Source: an uncultured Gemmatimonadales bacterium (lineage in GTDB: Bacteria > Gemmatimonadota > Gemmatimonadetes > Longimicrobiales > RSA9). From it: a stretch of DNA of 64,000 nt. Positions 9,842 to 19,358 of the stretch are shown piece by piece. How positions within the stretch are numbered: the stretch's first letter is position 1; every line of letters starts with the position of its first letter. The notes under the pieces are model-generated. The model was given only the letters and a program-made list of their open reading frames with translations, had not been told where the DNA came from and did not search any database. Location of the stretch: contig CAWAMW010000016.1 of the NCBI GenBank assembly GCA_963783305.1, positions 608,001 to 672,000 on the forward strand. The letters run 5' to 3'. A program made the translations under genes and the position numbers.

Positions 9842-10686
9842 CCCGGGCGCCGAGGCAGGGCCATGGCTACCTGGAAGGAGTGGGCCGCCTCCGGATCCAC
9901 TACCGCTCCTGGGAGGTGGAGGCGCCGCGGGCCGCGATCATCGTGGTGCACGGGCTCTTCGAGCACAGCCGTCGCTACGAGGAGTTCGCCGGCGACATGG
10001 CGGCGCACGGCTTCTCCACGTTCGTACCAGACCTGCGCGGCCACGGCGCCTCGGAAGGTCGGCGCGGGCATGCCGGCAGCTTCGATTTGCTGCTCCAGGA
10101 TCTGAATCGGTTCCGCCGTGAGGTCCAGGGGCTCATTCCCGTCGACCTGCCACTGTTCCTCTTCGGGCACTCGCTCGGCGGGCTGATCGCCCTGCGGCAC
10201 CTCGAGGAGCACGATGTCCCCTACCACGGCGCGATCATGACTTCGCCCTGGCTTGGGACCGCCGTTCCCGTTCCGCGCTGGCAGGTCCTTGCCGCCACCG
10301 TGCTGAACCGGATTCTCCCCTCCTTCCCGTTTCCGTTCCGCATGGACCCGGGTCTCCTCACTCACGACGAGGAACGGGCCCGGGACTACCGGGATGATCC
10401 TGTGATCCACAGCACCATCACACCGCGGATGTTCACGGAAACGGCGTCCGCCATCGAGCTCGCCCTCCGCCGCGGGGACAGGATCCACGTGCCCGTCCTC
10501 TTCATCCTCGCCGGGGACGATCGGATTGTGGACACGAGGCGCAGCCTGGCCTTTGCCCGCTCGCTCCCCTCCGACGACATTGAGGTCGAGGTCCTTGACG
10601 ACCGCTTCCACGAGGTGCTCCAGGAGCCGGACCGGACCGCCGTGAGGGCCGATATTCGTGCGTGGATTGAGAACAGACTGCCGTGA
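9838..10686 (+). CDS. alpha/beta hydrolase, lysophospholipase/monoacylglycerol lipase-like
   Basis: VHGLFEHS.RY, DLRGHG.S, GHSLGG nucleophile elbow, C-terminal HE. Confidence 0.9.
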   Translation: MTRAPRQGHGYLEGVGRLRIHYRSWEVEAPRAAIIVVHGLFEHSRRYEEFAGDMAAHGFSTFVPDLRGHGASEGRRGHAGSFDLLLQDLNRFRREVQGLIPVDLPLFLFGHSLGGLIALRHLEEHDVPYHGAIMTSPWLGTAVPVPRWQVLAATVLNRILPSFPFPFRMDPGLLTHDEERARDYRDDPVIHSTITPRMFTETASAIELALRRGDRIHVPVLFILAGDDRIVDTRRSLAFARSLPSDDIEVEVLDDRFHEVLQEPDRTAVRADIRAWIENRLP

Positions 10687-10711
10687 GGCATGCCGAAGCG
10701 GCAGGCCGGAG

Positions 10712-10727
10712 CGGTATCGCGATTGCA
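10712..10727 (+). promoter_or_regulatory. candidate sigma-54 (-24/-12) promoter of grpE-dnaJ
   Basis: CGGTATCGCGATTGCA: GG-N10-GC with TTGCA, about 55 nt before the grpE ATG. Confidence 0.5.
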
Positions 10728-10782
10728 CGCGATCCGGACGGGTGCGGGCGAGCCGCATCCGTGGAACGATACATGGGGTGAC

Positions 10783-11382
10783 ATGAACGAGAAGACGGAG
10801 CTGAACAACGACGAGCAGGGCGTCGGCGCACATGAAGATCCGGAGGAGACGATCGCTTCGGATGATACGGCCGATGGTGAGTCGGGGGAGATCCCGGATC
10901 GAGCGGTCGCCGTGGAGGTCGACGAGCTGCGGGACGAGCTGCATAACCTGAACGATCAGCACCTGCGGCTGGCGGCGGAGTTCGACAACTATCGGAAGAG
11001 GAACGAGCGCGATCGGCAGACCCTCGCCACGCGACTCCAGAAGGACCTGGTTGCGAGTCTTCTGGACGTGCTGGACGACCTCCAGCGGGTCGCCCACTCC
11101 AGTCCCGAAACGGATACCGATGGAGTCCTGGAGGGGGTCGGCCTCGTGGAGAAGAAATTCGTCTCGGTTCTCGAGAACGCCGGACTCGAGCCCATCGACG
11201 CCGAAGGGCAGCGGTTCGATCCGGAGATCATGGAGGCCCTCATGATGGTCCCCACCGACGACCCGGCGAAGGACGATCACGTCGCGGACGTCTTCCAGCG
11301 TGGCTACCGTTTCCGGGACGCCATGGTCCGGCCGGCGCGGGTGCGGGTGTGGCAGCACGACGGCTCCGGAGCCGGCGACTAG
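10783..11382 (+). CDS. grpE: nucleotide exchange factor GrpE
   Basis: [30 protein letters not shown]....VRPARVRV. Confidence 0.95.
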   Translation: MNEKTELNNDEQGVGAHEDPEETIASDDTADGESGEIPDRAVAVEVDELRDELHNLNDQHLRLAAEFDNYRKRNERDRQTLATRLQKDLVASLLDVLDDLQRVAHSSPETDTDGVLEGVGLVEKKFVSVLENAGLEPIDAEGQRFDPEIMEALMMVPTDDPAKDDHVADVFQRGYRFRDAMVRPARVRVWQHDGSGAGD

Positions 11383-11386
11383 AGCA

Positions 11387-12511
11387 ATGGCCATGGCGAC
11401 GTCGAAGGACTACTACCAGATCCTCGGGGTCCCCGAGAAAGCGGACGCCGGCGAGATCAAGAAGGCGTACCGCAAGCTCGCCAAGCAGTACCACCCGGAC
11501 GCGAACCAGAACGATCCCAGGGCTGCCGAGCGGTTCAAGGAGATCGGTGAGGCGTATGGCGTGCTCTCCAATGCGGAGAAGCGGAAGCAGTACGACCAGA
11601 TGCGTCGAATGGGGCCATTCTCGGGGTTTGGAGGCGCCGGTCGCGGCCCCGGCGGGTTCAGCGGTACCGCCACAGGGCCCGGTGGTGAGCGCTTCACCAT
11701 GGACGACCTCGGCGACATGGGCGGCCTCGGTGATCTGTTCAGCTCGATCTTCGACTTCGGCCGGAAGCGGAAGCCGCGCACGGGCCCCGAACGGGGCGCC
11801 AATGTGGAGTATTCAGTGGAGGTGCCGTTCGAGACGGCCGCCCGGGGTGGGACCATTGCGGTGACCGTGCCTGTGGTGGAGGAGTGCACGACCTGTGGGG
11901 GCTCCGGCGCCGCGCCGGGCACCCGCGCCGTGACGTGCGCCGAATGCGCAGGGACCGGCACCGTCTCGTTCGGTCAGGGCGGATTCGCCGTGAACCGCCC
12001 GTGCCCCGCGTGCTACGGTCGCGGGCAGGTCCCAGCGCAGCCATGTCCTTCGTGTGGGGGGAGCGGCCAGGTCCGGCAGGAGCGTCAGATTCGCCTCAAG
12101 ATCCCCGCCGGCGTGGACACGGGCTCGAAAATCCGGTTGCCGGGGCAGGGGGAGCGGGGGCACGCCGGCGGCACCGCCGGTGACCTCCTCATCACCGTGC
12201 GCGTGCAGTCCGATCGCTTTTTCCGCCGGAAGGGTCTGGACATCCACTGCACCGTGCCGGTGAACATCGCGCAGGCGACGCTGGGCTCCAAGATCCGCGT
12301 ACGTACGCTGGCGGGCGGAAAGGTCTCGTTGAAAGTGCCGCCGGGGACGCAGTCAGGGACCAAGTTCAGGATCCCGGGCCAGGGTGTGGAGAAGAGCGAC
12401 AAGCGGGGCGATCAGTACGTGCAGGTAAAGATCACGGTGCCCGAGCAGCTGGATGAAGTGGAAGAGCGGCTGCTGCGGGAGTTCGCGGAGGCCGCGGAGC
12501 TGAAGTACTGA
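11387..12511 (+). CDS. dnaJ: chaperone DnaJ
   Basis: J-domain with HPD, G/F-rich region, four CxxCxGxG repeats; start is 11387 or 11393. Confidence 0.97.
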   Translation: MAMATSKDYYQILGVPEKADAGEIKKAYRKLAKQYHPDANQNDPRAAERFKEIGEAYGVLSNAEKRKQYDQMRRMGPFSGFGGAGRGPGGFSGTATGPGGERFTMDDLGDMGGLGDLFSSIFDFGRKRKPRTGPERGANVEYSVEVPFETAARGGTIAVTVPVVEECTTCGGSGAAPGTRAVTCAECAGTGTVSFGQGGFAVNRPCPACYGRGQVPAQPCPSCGGSGQVRQERQIRLKIPAGVDTGSKIRLPGQGERGHAGGTAGDLLITVRVQSDRFFRRKGLDIHCTVPVNIAQATLGSKIRVRTLAGGKVSLKVPPGTQSGTKFRIPGQGVEKSDKRGDQYVQVKITVPEQLDEVEERLLREFAEAAELKY

Positions 12512-12520
12512 GGAGACGTA

Positions 12521-12754
12521 ATGACACGGATCATCCAGGACCAGGACCTGCTCCTCTGGGAGGCATATGCCACCACGGGCGACTTCGGATACCCGCAGCA
12601 GGCCCGCCTCGTCTTCCACTGCCTGACCAATCCGGCGCTGCGGGCTCGTGTGGTGGAGCAGGAGGGCGACATGTCGGACGTGGAGAATCAGCTGGCCACG
12701 CTGCCGGAAGGTGAACTGCTGGGGTTGCTGGCCGAGACGGAAGAGCTCAGCTAG
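12521..12754 (+). CDS. hypothetical protein (77 aa, acidic)
   Basis: AGGAG RBS, 9 bp after the dnaJ stop, GC-rich third codon positions. Confidence 0.75.
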   Translation: MTRIIQDQDLLLWEAYATTGDFGYPQQARLVFHCLTNPALRARVVEQEGDMSDVENQLATLPEGELLGLLAETEELS

Positions 12755-12758
12755 CGCA

Positions 12759-13877
12759 TCAGCGGATTCGACCACCGCCCACCAGGAGTTCGCCCCGGTA
12801 GACCGCCCCGGACTGGCCCGGAGTGACAGCGCGCTGTGCACGATCCAGCTGAAGCTCGAGCTCGGCCTCGTCCCGTGCGGTCACCACTGCCGGCACGAGC
12901 CGGGCCCGGTGCCGAAGGCGAACCTCCACCCGCTCGCCCGTCGCAGGCGGCGGGGCCAGCCAGTTGAGGTCTCCCAGCCGCAGTTCGTCGCGCATCAGTG
13001 ATGCCGCCTCGCCCACGACCACTTCGTTGCTGGCGGGCCGTGTACCCAGCACGTAGAGGCGCCGGTCGAAGCCGCCACCCAGACCCTTCCGCTGCCCGAC
13101 CGTGTAGCGGGCGTAGCCGTCGTGCTTCCCCACGTCCTCACCCTCCTCCGTCACCATACGACCGGAGCTGAGCGCGGGGTGCCTCTCTCCGAGCCGATCC
13201 GTGAGGAAGTCGGTGTAGTCGTTCGTGGGAACGAAGCAGATCTCCTGTGACTCCGGCTTTTCGGCCGTGCCCAGTCCGAGCGCGCGGGCGCGGTCCCGGA
13301 CCTCCGGCTTCGTCAGTCCCCCCACGGGGAAGAGCATCCGTTCCAGCACCGCCGGCGGAACCCCCCAGAGGAAGTAGGACTGGTCCTTGTTGTCGTCCAG
13401 CCCACGGAGGAGCTCGGGCGGTCCGTCGCCGGGATGGCGGATACGCGCGTAGTGGCCCGTGGCGATATAGTCTGCGCCGAGGGCGCGGCCGCGCCGGAGG
13501 AGGTCCGGGATCTTCGTGTTGGAGTTGCAGCGCACGCACGGGTTCGGAGTTCGCCCCGCGATGTACTCCGAGACGAAGTCGTCGATGACCGCTTCCCCGA
13601 ACGACTCCTCCATGTCGAACACGTGGTGAGGGATCTCGAGCTGATCGGCGACCCGGCGTGCGTCCATGATCCCGTCGAGGCCGCAGCAGGTGTTCGCGTG
13701 GGCCGCGGTCGCCTCATAGCAAAAGGTCTTCATGGTCGCGCCGATCACGCGGTAGCCGTGCTCGACCAGGAGCGCCGCGGCCACCGAGCTGTCCACGCCG
13801 CCGGACATGGCCACCAGCACGGTGGCTCCGGCACCCACCCCGGTGCCACGCTCGGCGGACGGCCCTGAGGCCCTCAT
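12759..13877 (-). CDS. mnmA: tRNA 2-thiouridine(34) synthase MnmA
   Basis: AMSGGVDSSV, TPNPCVRCN, ATGHYA, KDQSYFL, KPESQEICF, YTVGQRKGL, PGQSGAVY. Confidence 0.97.
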   Translation of the reverse strand: MRASGPSAERGTGVGAGATVLVAMSGGVDSSVAAALLVEHGYRVIGATMKTFCYEATAAHANTCCGLDGIMDARRVADQLEIPHHVFDMEESFGEAVIDDFVSEYIAGRTPNPCVRCNSNTKIPDLLRRGRALGADYIATGHYARIRHPGDGPPELLRGLDDNKDQSYFLWGVPPAVLERMLFPVGGLTKPEVRDRARALGLGTAEKPESQEICFVPTNDYTDFLTDRLGERHPALSSGRMVTEEGEDVGKHDGYARYTVGQRKGLGGGFDRRLYVLGTRPASNEVVVGEAASLMRDELRLGDLNWLAPPPATGERVEVRLRHRARLVPAVVTARDEAELELQLDRAQRAVTPGQSGAVYRGELLVGGGRIR

Positions 13878-15004
13878 GCGACAGCGCCGATTCGATTCAC
13901 GACCTCAATGAACCGGTCTGCTCCCTCCTCTACGTCCTCCACGACTGTGGACCAGCCGAGGGAGAAGCGAACGGCGGGATGGTCGTGGCGCCCCATGGCC
14001 ATGAGGACATGGCTCGGAGTCGACGCGCCGCTGTGACACGCCGACCCAGATGAGAGCGCCAGACCGGCGAGGTCCAGGGACGGCAGGAGGAGGTCAGGGT
14101 CGAGGTCCTCGAGCGAAAGACTCAGGAGGTGCGGCAGCCGGTCCCCGCCCCCGTTCACGCTCGCCCCGGGCAGCGCCTCCAGCAGCCGGGTCTCGAGGCG
14201 GTCCCGGAGCGTCCGGAGACGCTCCACCTCCCCGTCCAGGTCCCGCACCGCCGCCGACAGCGCCGATGCCAGCCCGACAGCACCGGCCACATTGGACGTG
14301 CCCGGGCGGATGCCGCGCTCCTGCCCGCCTCCGAAGAAGACGGGGTCCAGGTCCACGCCCCGTCGCACATACAGCGCGCCGACGCCCTGTGGACCGCCGA
14401 ACTTGTGAGCACTGAGAGAAAGGAGGTCGCACGGCACCTCCCGCACGGAGACGGGATGGTGCGCCACCGCCTGCACGGCGTCCGTGTGAAACACGATGCC
14501 GCCCTCGCGGCAGCGCTCCGCGAGGGCGCGGACCGGCTGCAGCGTTCCGACCTCGTTGTTCGCCCACATCACCGACACGACGGAATGCGGCTCGACCTTT
14601 ACCTCGTCCAGCGCCGCGACGTCCACGCGACCGTTCTCGTCCACGGCCAGGGTCGTAACGCCGGCGCCCTCCCGCGCGGCCTGCGCCGCTGCGTGGCGAA
14701 CGGCGCTGTGCTCGATGGCCGAAACGGCAACGCCCAGGCCGGCGGTGCGCCAGCGCCCCAGCACCGCCAGGTTGTCGGCCTCCGTGCCACCACTCGTGAA
14801 GACGATCTCCGCGGGTTCGGCCCCGATCAGCTCCGCCACGCGCTCACGGGCGTCCTCCAGGGCACCGCGCGCCCGTCGCCCGGCGCCGTGCACGCTGGAG
14901 GCGTTGCCGAACCGGTCTCCGAAGAAGGGAGCCATGGCGGCGCGTGCTTCCGGCCGAACGGGAGTCGTGGCGGCGTGGTCGAGATAGATGATTCTCTGGC
15001 TCAT
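13874..15004 (-). CDS. iscS: cysteine desulfurase (IscS/NifS group I)
   Basis: YLDHAATTP, FTSGGTEADN, NNEVG, SAHKFGGP, SSGSACHSG; overlaps the mnmA start. Confidence 0.93.
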   Translation of the reverse strand: MSQRIIYLDHAATTPVRPEARAAMAPFFGDRFGNASSVHGAGRRARGALEDARERVAELIGAEPAEIVFTSGGTEADNLAVLGRWRTAGLGVAVSAIEHSAVRHAAAQAAREGAGVTTLAVDENGRVDVAALDEVKVEPHSVVSVMWANNEVGTLQPVRALAERCREGGIVFHTDAVQAVAHHPVSVREVPCDLLSLSAHKFGGPQGVGALYVRRGVDLDPVFFGGGQERGIRPGTSNVAGAVGLASALSAAVRDLDGEVERLRTLRDRLETRLLEALPGASVNGGGDRLPHLLSLSLEDLDPDLLLPSLDLAGLALSSGSACHSGASTPSHVLMAMGRHDHPAVRFSLGWSTVVEDVEEGADRFIEVVNRIGAVA

Positions 15005-15059
15005 ATCGGCCCGTAATAACCCATCTCCCACGAGAGGGTCCAGAGTGTATATTCAGGGA

Positions 15060-15401
15060 GTGGATACGCGCAGACCCCAGCCGGCTCTCCCGCCGGAGCG
15101 ACCTGAGCATTTCTTCGCCACCGTTCACGGCACGGTGTTCGGCGAGCGGTCACGGTGCGTGGAGGAACTGGCGGAGGGAGACGAGGTCCTTCTGCTGCCC
15201 GATCCTCCCATGGCGGACGATCCCGGGGTATGGGTGCATGGCCGGGAGGGGGATCTCATCGGCCACCTGCCGCCCGAGATCGAGGCGTGGCTGGCCCCGT
15301 GGCTGCACTGCGGCGGCAGGGTGGAAGCGCGGGCGGTCCGCGTATCCGGCGACGAAGTCCCCAGCTGGCGACGCGTCCTGATCGAGGTTCACTGCGGCTG
15401 A
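15060..15401 (+). CDS. stand-alone HIRAN-domain protein
   Basis: VHGTVF...L.EGDEVLLLPDP...DP.VWVH...IGHLP..I..WLAP pattern of HIRAN; GTG 15060 lies 6 nt after a TATATT -10 box. Confidence 0.75.
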   Translation: MDTRRPQPALPPERPEHFFATVHGTVFGERSRCVEELAEGDEVLLLPDPPMADDPGVWVHGREGDLIGHLPPEIEAWLAPWLHCGGRVEARAVRVSGDEVPSWRRVLIEVHCG

Positions 15402-15403
15402 GG

Positions 15404-16132
15404 TCAGAACGTCGCCACCGGCAGCCCTACCACATCGTCCACGGCCATGGTCTCGCGGGTCCAGAACGGCTCGCCGTACGCCGTTCGAATCAGCCCGCCG
15501 TAGTAGGCGGCGTGGACCTTCAGCTGATCGCGAAGGTCGCGCTCCCCACCCGGATAGACCTCCCCCATCCCCTTCTTCCCCTCGAACTGCGATCCGAACG
15601 CGTACACCGCCCGGAGCTTGCGGTCCAGCTGGCTGGTGATATCCACGACGAACGTCGGTTTCGGCGCGTGCTCCCGGTAGGCCATGGCATACAGCACCTT
15701 CCGAGGCCGGAACGGATCGCCCTTGATGGGGGCCTTCCGGAGGCCGGCCACGAAGGCCGCGTCGTGCGCCAGCTGACTGGCGGCCCGGTGGTCCGGGTGG
15801 CGCGCTTCGGGCCACATGAGGATCAGGGTATCAGGCCGAAGCTCACGGAACACCTCGGCCACCACCGTCCGCGCAGCGGGGGTGTTCTCGAGAGCGCCGT
15901 CCGGGAGTCCTGCCACGCGACGGGTCGCCAGCCCCATGATCTCGGCGGCCCGTTGTGATTCCTGCGACCGCAGGGAGGCGCTGCCTGCGGTCCCGGCCTC
16001 GCCGCCCGTCAGGTCGAGGACTCCAGTGCGGTGACCGGCATCGGCCGCGCGGATGAGCGTGCCGCCGCAGAGGAGCTCGGCGTCATCGGGGTGAGCGACG
16101 ACCGCGAGGAGGTCGAGTGGAGCTTCGGTCAT
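15404..16132 (-). CDS. bshB1: bacillithiol biosynthesis deacetylase BshB1 (PIG-L family)
   Basis: AHPDDAEL.CGGT, DLT.GEAGT.G, RHPDH, VVDIT, RSQF-like GSQF, YGEPF. Confidence 0.85.
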   Translation of the reverse strand: MTEAPLDLLAVVAHPDDAELLCGGTLIRAADAGHRTGVLDLTGGEAGTAGSASLRSQESQRAAEIMGLATRRVAGLPDGALENTPAARTVVAEVFRELRPDTLILMWPEARHPDHRAASQLAHDAAFVAGLRKAPIKGDPFRPRKVLYAMAYREHAPKPTFVVDITSQLDRKLRAVYAFGSQFEGKKGMGEVYPGGERDLRDQLKVHAAYYGGLIRTAYGEPFWTRETMAVDDVVGLPVATF

Positions 16133-16156
16133 GATCTCGGTGGCTGGGCCCGGCCG

Positions 16157-17413
16157 CTACTCGTACCTGAGGGCCTCGACCGGATCGAGGCGGGACGCAC
16201 GCCAGGCGGGAAACAGGCCGAAGAATACGCCCGCAACGGCCGCCATGACCAGCGCGGCCATCACGGCGCCCGGCTGGATCTCCGCGGGGATCGGTGTAAC
16301 GGTTCGGATCAGCCAGGCCGCCCCGGCACCGATGAGCATGCCGATGGCCGCACCCACCACTGTGAGGGTGGACGCCTCGAAGAGGAACTGCCAGAGGATC
16401 TCCGCGCGGCGCGCGCCGAGCGCCTTGCGGACGCCGATCTCACGCGTCCGCTCCGTGACGGAGATCATCATGATGGCGATCACCCCCACGCCGCCCACGA
16501 GCAGCGCCACGGAAGAGAGAGCGACCATCACGATGAAGAAGACGCCGGTGATCTTGTTGAACGTCTCCAGGACCTGCTCCTGGCGGATCAGCGCAAAATC
16601 GTTCGGGGCGTCCGGGCGCAGCCCCCGCATGGCTCGAAGTGTCCCGATCACCTGGTCCATGGCCTGCTGCTGGCTCGACCCGTCTGCGGTGACCACCAGC
16701 GCGCGCAGGAAGCCGTCCCACGTCTTCAGGTGCTTGAGCGACGCGGTGTAGGGGATCACCGCCATGTTGCTCTCGTTGTCCCCGAAGATATTGCCCTTCG
16801 TGCGATACACGCCGATCACCGTGAACGGTCGGCCGTCGATGCGGACGCTTCGCCCCAGCGGGTCGAGGCTTCCGAAGAGACTCTGAGCCAGCCCCTCCGT
16901 AAGCACCGTGACCGGCCGGGAGCCCGTGACGTCCGTGCGGATGAAGTTGTGGCCAGCCACGAAGTCCCCGATGGTGAACTCGTCCCACCCCTCGCTCTCA
17001 CCCGCCACCGTGACGTTGATCGGATCACCGCCCCTTGGACCGGTGAGCGATGCGCTCCGGACCAGCTCCACGATGGCGGTCCGCACATGCGACAGCTCAC
17101 GGATCCGTTCCGCCTCGCGCGGAGTCACCGGAGGGTTGTCGCGCCAGCTCGGTTCATCTCCCGGGCCGCTGAGCTGAATGCCCACGAAGTTGTACCGTGC
17201 GACAATGAAGTTCTTCGGTCCCGCGGCCTCGATCCCCTCCATGGCCTGCCCCCGAATCCCCGCCACGGCCGCCGTCATCGTCATGACCGTGGCCACGCCG
17301 ATGACGATTCCGAGGATGGTGAGGGCCGAGCGGAACTTGTTCGCCCGGAGCTGCTCGAGGGCGATTCCCACCGCTTCGCGGATCCGCTCCGCCGCGCCGA
17401 GGATCCTCATCAC
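16157..17413 (-). CDS. MacB/FtsX-type ABC permease
   Basis: RSALTILGIVIG, MMISVTERTREIGVRKALGA, PAWRASRLDPVEALRYE. Confidence 0.93.
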   Translation of the reverse strand: MMRILGAAERIREAVGIALEQLRANKFRSALTILGIVIGVATVMTMTAAVAGIRGQAMEGIEAAGPKNFIVARYNFVGIQLSGPGDEPSWRDNPPVTPREAERIRELSHVRTAIVELVRSASLTGPRGGDPINVTVAGESEGWDEFTIGDFVAGHNFIRTDVTGSRPVTVLTEGLAQSLFGSLDPLGRSVRIDGRPFTVIGVYRTKGNIFGDNESNMAVIPYTASLKHLKTWDGFLRALVVTADGSSQQQAMDQVIGTLRAMRGLRPDAPNDFALIRQEQVLETFNKITGVFFIVMVALSSVALLVGGVGVIAIMMISVTERTREIGVRKALGARRAEILWQFLFEASTLTVVGAAIGMLIGAGAAWLIRTVTPIPAEIQPGAVMAALVMAAVAGVFFGLFPAWRASRLDPVEALRYE

Positions 17414-18651
17414 TCGGCTCTCAGCGCGACCACGGGGTCCAGCTTGGAAGCACGGGACGCGGGATAGATTCCCGCAACGACCCCTACCCCCACACCCATC
17501 ACCGCCGCAATGACGAGCCAGCGCACTCCGATGGCGGCCGGCATTGGGGAGACCGCCTCGATGAGCTCGGCCAACAGGATCCCGAGGAGGATGCCGATGG
17601 TCGCGCCAGTGAGCGACAGCGCACTCGATTCCACCAGGATCTGGAGGATGATGTCGCGACGCCGTGCGCCCACGGCCTTCCTCATGCCGATCTCACGCGT
17701 CCGCTCCACCACCGACATGAGCATGATGTTCATGATCACCATCCCACCCACTACCAGCGCGATTCCCACCAGGCCGGGGAAAGCAATGAAGAGAACCCGG
17801 CTGAACGTCTGCCAGAAGCTCATGGAGTCGTCCTTGGTCTCCACCTCGAAGGTGTTGGCCTCATCCGGTCGCAGCCGGTGGCGCACCCGCATGATGGCCT
17901 CCACATCGAGCCGAGCCGCTTCCAGCGCCTGCGGGTCGTCGGCCTTGACCAGGATGTTGTCCACCACGTGGCGGGGGTTCGTCAGCCGGCCCATGGCCGA
18001 TCGCGCGGGAGCGATGGCGCGGTTGTCCAGGGACATCCAGAACAGCTTTCCCTGCGACTCCAGGATCCCGATGACCTCGAAGGAGACGTTGTCGATCCGG
18101 ATGGTGCGCCCCAGCGGGTCGAGGGCACCGAACAGGTTCTCGGCGGTCTCGGAGCCGAGGACCACTACCGGCATCCCGGCTTCGTCCTCGAGCGGTCCGA
18201 AGAGCCGACCGCGGTCCACCTCCATCTCCCGGATCCGGAAGAAGTCGGAGGATGCCGCCGTCAGCCAGACCCCATCCACTTCGACACCGCGCCCCGACTT
18301 CGCCCGCCCGGTGCTCATACTTTCCACGGCGACGAGCGCGGGCATGGCCAGCTGCTGCCGGATCGCGTCTGCGTCGTCGATCCGGAGCTGCGGCCTGCGC
18401 CGCCACTCACGCCACTGCTCCCGGCTCGACTCCATCTGCACGGACGGGGCACGACTCACGGTGAGTGTGTTGAGCCCGAAGATGGTTTTGGCGAAATCCT
18501 CTTCCATGTACCGGTTCATGCCCTCCACGATGCTGATCACCGCGATGAGGAACATGACGCCGATGATGACACCCACGACGCTGAAGAAGCTCTTCAGCTT
18601 CTGCGCGCGAATCTGCGCGAACGCGAGCCGAATGGCCTCGCGAGGGCTCAT
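17410..18651 (-). CDS. MacB/FtsX-type ABC permease
   Basis: [46 protein letters not shown]. Confidence 0.93.
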   Translation of the reverse strand: MSPREAIRLAFAQIRAQKLKSFFSVVGVIIGVMFLIAVISIVEGMNRYMEEDFAKTIFGLNTLTVSRAPSVQMESSREQWREWRRRPQLRIDDADAIRQQLAMPALVAVESMSTGRAKSGRGVEVDGVWLTAASSDFFRIREMEVDRGRLFGPLEDEAGMPVVVLGSETAENLFGALDPLGRTIRIDNVSFEVIGILESQGKLFWMSLDNRAIAPARSAMGRLTNPRHVVDNILVKADDPQALEAARLDVEAIMRVRHRLRPDEANTFEVETKDDSMSFWQTFSRVLFIAFPGLVGIALVVGGMVIMNIMLMSVVERTREIGMRKAVGARRRDIILQILVESSALSLTGATIGILLGILLAELIEAVSPMPAAIGVRWLVIAAVMGVGVGVVAGIYPASRASKLDPVVALRAE

Positions 18652-19352
18652 GCGCCCACCACCGCCCGGGTCACCGTGTCGGATTCGATCACGCCATCCC
18701 GAAGCGTGATGCTGCGCCGCGCGTGCTCGGCGATATCATGCTCATGGGTGACCAGGATGATGGTCTGGCCGCTCTCGTAGAGCTCCTCAAAGAGCCCCAT
18801 GATCTCCTGGCCGGTCTTCGTATCCAGGTTCCCCGTGGGCTCGTCCGCCAACAGGATGGCGGGGTCGTTGACGAGGGCGCGGGCCACGGCTACACGCTGC
18901 CTCTGCCCGCCGGAGAGCTCGCTCGGCCGGTGGTCCATGCGGTCGGCGAGGCCTACCCGGTCCAGCACGTGCTCGGCGCGCTCCCGGCGCGCCTTCGAGG
19001 CCATCCCGCCGTAGATCAGAGGCAGCTCGACGTTGTGCAGCGCGGTGGCCCGTGGCAGCAGGTTGAAGGTCTGGAAGACGAAGCCGATCTCCCGGTTTCG
19101 GATGGCGGCGAGCTCGTCGTCCTCCATCCCGGACACGGGGGTGTTGTTCAGCCAGTACTCGCCGGCCGTGGGCGTGTCCAGGCAGCCGATGAGGTTCATC
19201 AGCGTGGACTTGCCGGAACCCGACGGTCCCATGATGGCCAGATACTCGTTGCGCTGGACCTCCAGGTCCACGCTGCGCAGGGCGTGTACGGTCTCGGCGC
19301 CAAGCTCGTAGTCCTTGGTGAGGCCTTCGGTGTGTATGACGGCTCGCTCCAT
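18648..19352 (-). CDS. ABC transporter ATP-binding protein (MacB/LolD-like)
   Basis: [33 protein letters not shown]. Confidence 0.96.
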   Translation of the reverse strand: MERAVIHTEGLTKDYELGAETVHALRSVDLEVQRNEYLAIMGPSGSGKSTLMNLIGCLDTPTAGEYWLNNTPVSGMEDDELAAIRNREIGFVFQTFNLLPRATALHNVELPLIYGGMASKARRERAEHVLDRVGLADRMDHRPSELSGGQRQRVAVARALVNDPAILLADEPTGNLDTKTGQEIMGLFEELYESGQTIILVTHEHDIAEHARRSITLRDGVIESDTVTRAVVGA

Positions 19353-19358
19353 GTCGCG

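Noticed and set aside
10687..10782. CIRCE or HspR (HAIR) operator before grpE
   Set aside because: No TTAGCACTC-N9-GAGTGCTAA or CTTGAGT-N7-ACTCAAG is present.
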